A stretch of 63,857 nt of DNA, the filler included, from Choristocarpus tenellus KU-1152 (lineage: Eukaryota; Protista; Phaeophyceae), in assembly GCA_964200185.2 (NCBI GenBank). It is 9 parts of 9 records of this genome, joined end to end, with 100 filler letters (N's around TTAATTAATTAA, not from the genome) between each part and the next. Parts side by side here need not be neighbours in the genome. Positions count along the whole stretch, not along the records: positions 53,836 to 60,219 come from CAXNAD020008253.1; positions 60,320 to 63,857 come from CAXNAD020019388.1; 7 more parts are not named here. The stretch is one strand, 5' to 3'. Each line of letters starts with the position of its first letter. Within the stretch, counting starts at the first letter, position 1. The translations under genes and the position numbers were made by a program. The notes under the pieces were generated by a model. The model was not told the DNA's origin. It saw only the letters and a program-made list of their open reading frames with translations, and made no database searches. Below are positions 58,584-63,857 of this stretch, piece by piece.

Positions 58584-59174
58584 TCACGTGTTATAATCCT
58601 CGATGTATTGCTTGAGCACTTGATTGATAGCAGTGAGAACAAAGGCCTTCTTGCCCCGTTGAATGGAGTACACCTTGTCTTTGAACCGGATCCAAGTCCC
58701 ACTTACCTCGAAGTAGCCGAATACGCGGAGGGTCTTGACGCCCTTCGGAAATTCAACCGTTGTCACGTGCACAACTTCTCCCTTATCACAAGGCCCCCCT
58801 CTACTATCCTTCACTAGAAAATAATTGCGTGCCGAGTACTCCTTAGTGAGCTTTACTTTCTTCCCACCTCCCACCGTTGCATAGCCGACAGTGTTGGCCA
58901 CACCCAGAGTTATGTCCATGTGCGTTGTTACAGCGTCCGTCTTCTTGTCACGAACCCACTTGTCCTCATGAACTACCCAGTAGGAAACCCGGAAGCTGCT
59001 TGCGTTTCCGATATCGATGTATGGAGAATCGGATCTCTTCATCTTCGGAAAGACAAGTGTTGCTGCGTGTCCTTCGTCGTTACTTAGGGCCTCCCAGACA
59101 GGGTTGTGGTAGACCTTGCCGAGCTTGGGAAGGGGATTCCGTTTTGTGCTTGTCTTCGAGGAAGATGTCCCCAT
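58584..59174 (-). CDS. Hypothetical intronless 196-aa protein with putative N-myristoylation signal
   Basis: Uninterrupted ATG-TGA ORF starting MGTSSSK. Globular, Val/Lys/aromatic-rich composition. GC and CpG appear higher than in the flanks. No family recognised. Confidence 0.7.
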   Translation of the reverse strand: MGTSSSKTSTKRNPLPKLGKVYHNPVWEALSNDEGHAATLVFPKMKRSDSPYIDIGNASSFRVSYWVVHEDKWVRDKKTDAVTTHMDITLGVANTVGYATVGGGKKVKLTKEYSARNYFLVKDSRGGPCDKGEVVHVTTVEFPKGVKTLRVFGYFEVSGTWIRFKDKVYSIQRGKKAFVLTAINQVLKQYIEDYNT

Positions 59175-60099
59175 ACTCAATGTCCTGATGATGGTGTCAC
59201 TTATGATCCACCTTGCCTAGTGAGCAATCAAAGATCCCCTCAAAGAATCTGGGTTACGCCTTGGTTGGAAATCTCAAGGAGACAACCAAAACAGCGGAAA
59301 GACAAGTTTGCACAACAAGCAAGCCTTGGAACGTGAAAAAGGCGAAATTTTTGTGTCGTCGACTCAGAAGATGGCAAAGCCTTCACCAGCTATTTATTTT
59401 CCATGCTGTAAACCTCCCCTCATCTTCTACTATCACAGATTCTCCTATTTGGAGTCCTGTCTTGTCTTTGTTATCGGTGAGTGTACTAACGACAACACCA
59501 TGATGCGTTGATGTTACAATAATAGTAGTGTTTGACCTGTGGAGTAATATGGATGTGATGGCGGAAGATATATTAATTGTTAGGTACAGTAGTAGTAGTA
59601 GTATATCCAATGGTATGGAGTTTTATATATGACGTATAATATTTCTTATATTGTATTAGTAGTATGTATTATGGAGAACTTAACAGTACTGTTATTATTG
59701 ATACTACTGTCAGTCAATGTGTACTCTCCATCTTAAGGAATAATTGTATTTTTTTCCGTGACAAAACTGACTACAACAACTACAGAGAGGTACTATTTTA
59801 AGGCATGATCAAATAAGGCGCACCACTCAATAAGGCGTTTTCGACCTCACAAAAAATATGGTTGCACCTATACAATGCCCACACACCATCCAATTCCCTC
59901 CTCCTTTCCCCTCCTCTCGTGTCATAAGAAGGTACATGCATTGTGTTACAAACCCTCTATAATCCCAAGAATCACCACACAGCAACCTTGCTTGCATGTC
60001 GATGCTTGGTGGATGACATCAACTTCTGTTGAAGACAATGAAGTTGACTGGTGGACTTTGGGTGGTGAGGAATCCTGGTCCCCTGAGCACAGTCGATAT

Positions 60100-60219
60100 G
60101 GGTCAAAGTATCTGGGGGGGGGGGGGGGGGGGGGGGGGGGGAGGGGGGTCCACATTGAGAGAAACACATTTTTTTTTCGCTTTGTACAAACAAACGGCAG
60201 AGAAGAAAAAAAAAAAACA
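60100..60219 (+). mobile_element. Family B left end, cut by linker
   Basis: GGGTCAAAGTATCTG(G)n. Confidence 0.85.
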
Positions 60220-60319
60220 NNNNNNNNNNNNNNNNNNNNNNNNNNNNNNNNNNNNNNNNNNNNTTAATTAATTAANNNNNNNNNNNNNNNNNNNNNNNNN
60301 NNNNNNNNNNNNNNNNNNN

Positions 60320-60362
60320 CCCCCAAATGGACATGGCTCTACCCTCTAAGATACTTTGGCTC
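60320..60362 (-). mobile_element. Family A terminal fragment
   Basis: CCCCAAATGGACATGGCTCTACCCTCTAAGATACTTTGGCTC. Confidence 0.85.
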
Positions 60363-60871
60363 TTCATTTCATACTAAAGAGATCCCAGCCACACATCTCA
60401 TGCAGCACCATGGTGAACCCCAGGGTTCTCTGGGAAAAATTGAGATACCACTATGCATATACCACCAAGGCACCAAGTAGTGGTCCTGTGCAGATTTATG
60501 GCCTCAATGGATTATTAGTGGTATGTCCACATCTATTCTCCCTTCTTCCCATCGAGTATGAAGCCATCATCACCACCAAAGATCTCTTGTACTTGGATAT
60601 GGACTTGCCTGAGACTTCCATAAACTGGCATGCAGTACTATGAGGTTTACACAACATCGAGTGCTCCATCATGCACACTGCACGTCAACCAATGCATCTT
60701 CTGTGAACTGGATCCCTCAGGTACACCTTTATACCCCACATAAATGTTGGCATAACATAGCCAAAGAGAATCATCTTACGATGTGACAATTCATCAGCAG
60801 AGATTTACACTCACATAAAGAGATTTCAATGATCATCTAAGGGATGAAAGTTCCTCGAAAGAGACCCCAAC

Positions 60872-61013
60872 GGGTCAAAGTACCAGGGGGGGGGGGGTGG
60901 CGGCCATCCATTTGGGTTCAATTTTTTCATGTCACGATTTTTGGGCGATTTGGGTTTTGGTACAAATGGACACTCTGGTGTAGACCCTCCCCCCCCCCCA
61001 GATACTTTGGGTA
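60872..61013 (+). mobile_element. MITE family B1 (internally deleted), TSD CAAC
   Basis: caac|GGGTCAAAGTACCAG(G)n ... (C)nAGATACTTTGGGTA|caac. Confidence 0.9.
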
Positions 61014-61747
61014 CAACCTGCTTTTGTGTAACCCGTAATTTTGAAGAGTACCTGCACCATGTTAGGTAACAATCTATGCCAGTTCAAAGAAGAAAATATA
61101 TATTTTCCAGCTATATAGAAGCTGTTGTTCCTAAAGAAATGGCAAAAAAAATCTTGTGGTCGGTACAAATATTTGTGTCCATCTCCTTTAAGCCACCACC
61201 AATTCTGTTGCAGAAGGGCAGCTAGAAATAAGAAAGGATGCTCTGCCACCAACTTGATCCTACAAAAATAGTAAGTGTGGAATGTTTTGTCAAAGGGAGT
61301 TGCCTCAAATACTACAGGATGAATCGCACAGTTAGGACCGAGGACAAGATAAGTTGTACGATTTTTTTTTTCTTCCCATCTTAACATCAATAAACGTAAA
61401 TCTCATCATCTGAGTGCGTTTGCAGTAAGCCTAACACTTAAAAAGAGAAGGGGAGTAAGTAGGCGGCACACCAGTAGAGTGCATCACATCTAGCAATCCT
61501 CTCAATGCAGAGTCGACTTCCAGGGCAAGGGGAGAGAGGGGTAAAGAACCCACACAAGAAATGCAAGGCACTACAATGCAAATAATTGTCAATCCCTTGC
61601 CCTGCCTGCCCCAGGCCCTCTCCAACATCACTCCACCGGAAACCGAAGTCTCAGGTCTATCCATATCGACACCAACCCTTTCACCCCCCTCTTCTACCTT
61701 CACCAGAGGACTTGATCACCGATCTTTCGCCTCCCCTTCCCCCACCC

Positions 61748-62796
61748 TCAGTTGTACACCATGTACTTCGGTGTTGATGAGAACTTCTGGTACCCCTTGA
61801 TGACCTTGTTCACAGCATCAAGGAAATCCTTTTCCGATATCGACTTCTTACGTGCTCGGATTGCAAACATCCCTGCTTCTGTGCACACTGATCGCAGCTC
61901 TGCCCCTGTTGTATTGGGGCAGAGCCTGGCAATCAGCTCGTACCGTATGTCTCTGTCCACATTCATGGTCTTGGAGTGGATGGACAGGATGTGGGCCCGG
62001 CCCTCCATGTCTGGTAGAGCAAACTCCACCTTCGGAACGAATGCGATTGTGTGTGCAAGATGGTAAGCAAAAACTGACACGGAACGGAGTGTGGGCCTAG
62101 AGGTGGGAATGTGGAGGCACATGATGGATGCATCTCAATCTGGTACGGATCCTGCCTCATAATATCAACCGCCAGAAGTGTTCATTACACAAAACATCGA
62201 GGTGCTCTCCTCCTGCGTGCAACGGTTTGGTCTCTCCGCCTTAAAGCTACCCCTCATACTGGAGGTACAATACTCTGAAGCACTTTGAACAAGAGCGTGT
62301 ACAATGAATGAGGTAAACCAGGCGGAGTTGGTAACAGCTCAAGGCGTTTGACTGCACGTGCATCAAATTATGTTATTATTATTTTTTTTAATATATGCAT
62401 ACTTTGTTTTTCAATACACAACACAAACACGCCAGAAACCATTCTTGTGCCTGTTGGAGAGGGAGGGACAGCTCCCTGACCTGCAACTACTCAAGTACAG
62501 CACCTTCTCTCTGCCTCTCTTCCACCTTCCTATAAAATTCCCCATCTATGCCTTCTCAAATCCTCCCCCTCCCCTTCCTCCTCCATCTCCTCCCAACCCC
62601 TGCATCAGTCTCACCTTTCTGTCCAAACGGCCAGGGCGCAACAGTGCTGGGTCCAGCGTGTCAGGCCGGTTGGTTGCCATCAGGACCTTGATGTTCCCTC
62701 TCGGGTCGAAACCGTCCAGCTCTGAAACAATCTGAAGCATTGTGCGCTGGACCTCATTGTCCCCTCCATTATCATCACTTCCTGTACGGCTTCCAC
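61748..62796 (-). CDS. RPT1: 26S proteasome regulatory AAA-ATPase subunit 7 (Rpt1/PSMC2), last two exons
   Basis: Exons 62796-62615 ([49 protein letters not shown]) and 62029-61748 ([30 protein letters not shown]...[12 protein letters not shown]). The C-terminus is diagnostic for Rpt1. Confidence 0.96.
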
Positions 62797-62810
62797 CTGA
62801 GGTTAAGCAA

Positions 62811-62812
<2 letters not shown>

Positions 62813-62842
<30 letters not shown>
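62813..62842. repeat. (AG)n microsatellite serving as the polypyrimidine tract upstream of an RPT1 acceptor
   Basis: About 15 units, lying 16 nt upstream (minus strand) of the exon starting at 62796. Confidence 0.9.
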
Positions 62843-62845
<3 letters not shown>

Positions 62846-63808
62846 AGAGGGAGGCAAGCGGGTGTCCGGAAGAGGCACCAACACAATATCATTTAGATAC
62901 ACTCCTAGACACAAAGGCGGGGAGATATAGGGAAGGCGGGGGCAGAGGTATAAATCTCAACCGCCACTAAACTACTGGGAGTCCTGCTCCTGGTTGAATT
63001 TGGGCGCCGGATTGACCGACCAACATTGAGAGGTGTCTTGTTAGTGTCTTCATTTTTTCTCCTTGAGTGAGGGTGTGTGTGCGAGCAAGAGGTTAGAAAA
63101 ACAGTCACGTGATGAACAACCCATAGTGTGGGTACTCCAAGCACTGCTGTGAAGACTACAAAAACAAGGGACAGAGCCCAACTACACTTCAGAACTACAC
63201 TTCAGAACTCAAGGTTCTGGACCGTTTCACATTTCGCATGGAGTTGATCTGTCTCACGCAATCCGGTACACCTGCATAAAATAATAAATAATAAATAATA
63301 TTCTACCCAATCACACAGTTGATCCAAAACTCTTTTCCACAAGTTTTTTTTATTCTTATTCAAATCTACACACGTTTCGGAACTGTTGGTGTAGATGCAC
63401 TACCTGGGCGGTTGTTTCTCCATTAGAAAAATATGATCTCACGACTCCTACAATAGATCATCTGCGCGCAGCCTATGCATGACTCCTCATTGTGTTAGTG
63501 TTGCCTCTATACCTCAAGAAGTCACTAACTTGACTGCCCCAACAGTTTCTCCTCTAAAAATTCCGAGTCATCCCTAAGCGCTGTGGCATCACATGTTGAA
63601 CATTTCTGCCCTCAAAAGCAAAAAAAAAAGAGTCCAACCCCACAAATATTAACTTGCTTTCTGAAGGCATCATGTCAGATTTTTTTCAATACATACCAGG
63701 TAGTCAGGTATCCAAAAATAAATGGATGGTTCAAATATCATAAATACGTTGTCCTAAATGCATACCATATATCAAATATCATAAATATAACATTTTATTC
63801 TATTCGTG

Positions 63809-63840
<32 letters not shown>

Positions 63841-63857
63841 ACCCAACTCCACAAAAA

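Noticed and set aside
59790-59870. AATAAGGCG doublet resembling a pogo/Tc1 MITE end
   Set aside because: No matching opposite TIR or second copy found in the window.
63811-63857. Terminal poly-C as a telomere or regulatory tract
   Set aside because: Resembles the garbled poly-C at other contig ends, so probably a family B end or a sequencing artefact.

Overview
Eukaryotic nuclear DNA, rich in introns and transposons, most consistent with a brown-alga-type ochrophyte (short GT-AG exons in long introns, TTAGGG-type motifs, stramenopile-type gene families). The taxon is an inference. The window is several contigs joined by eight artificial 100-nt linkers (N44-TTAATTAATTAA-N44) plus one 10-N gap, so synteny across linkers cannot be assumed. 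Spliced genes reconstructed by eye: an armadillo-repeat protein (partial), two exons of a Cys-rich membrane/adhesin-like protein, an AGC/GRK-like kinase (3' part), a complete TPR plus SAM-methyltransferase (COG4976-like), a complete ~18-exon SulP/SLC26-STAS-cNMP transporter (Vsb1/YGR125w-like) and the 3' exons of proteasome ATPase RPT1. There is also an intronless orphan 196-aa ORF with an N-myristoylation-type start. Mobile DNA: two related MITE families with GRG/GGN termini and mostly 4-bp TSDs (Sola2-like, about 24 copies or fragments, nested in each other), a foldback MITE, a full-length decayed DD39D-type mariner, Copia and hAT remnants, a probable non-LTR 3' tail family and a tRNA-like Pol III element. 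No prokaryotic operon or CRISPR system is present. The best candidates for novelty are the orphan ORF, the MITE pair, CpG decay implying methylation, and two decayed ORF relics of unknown origin.
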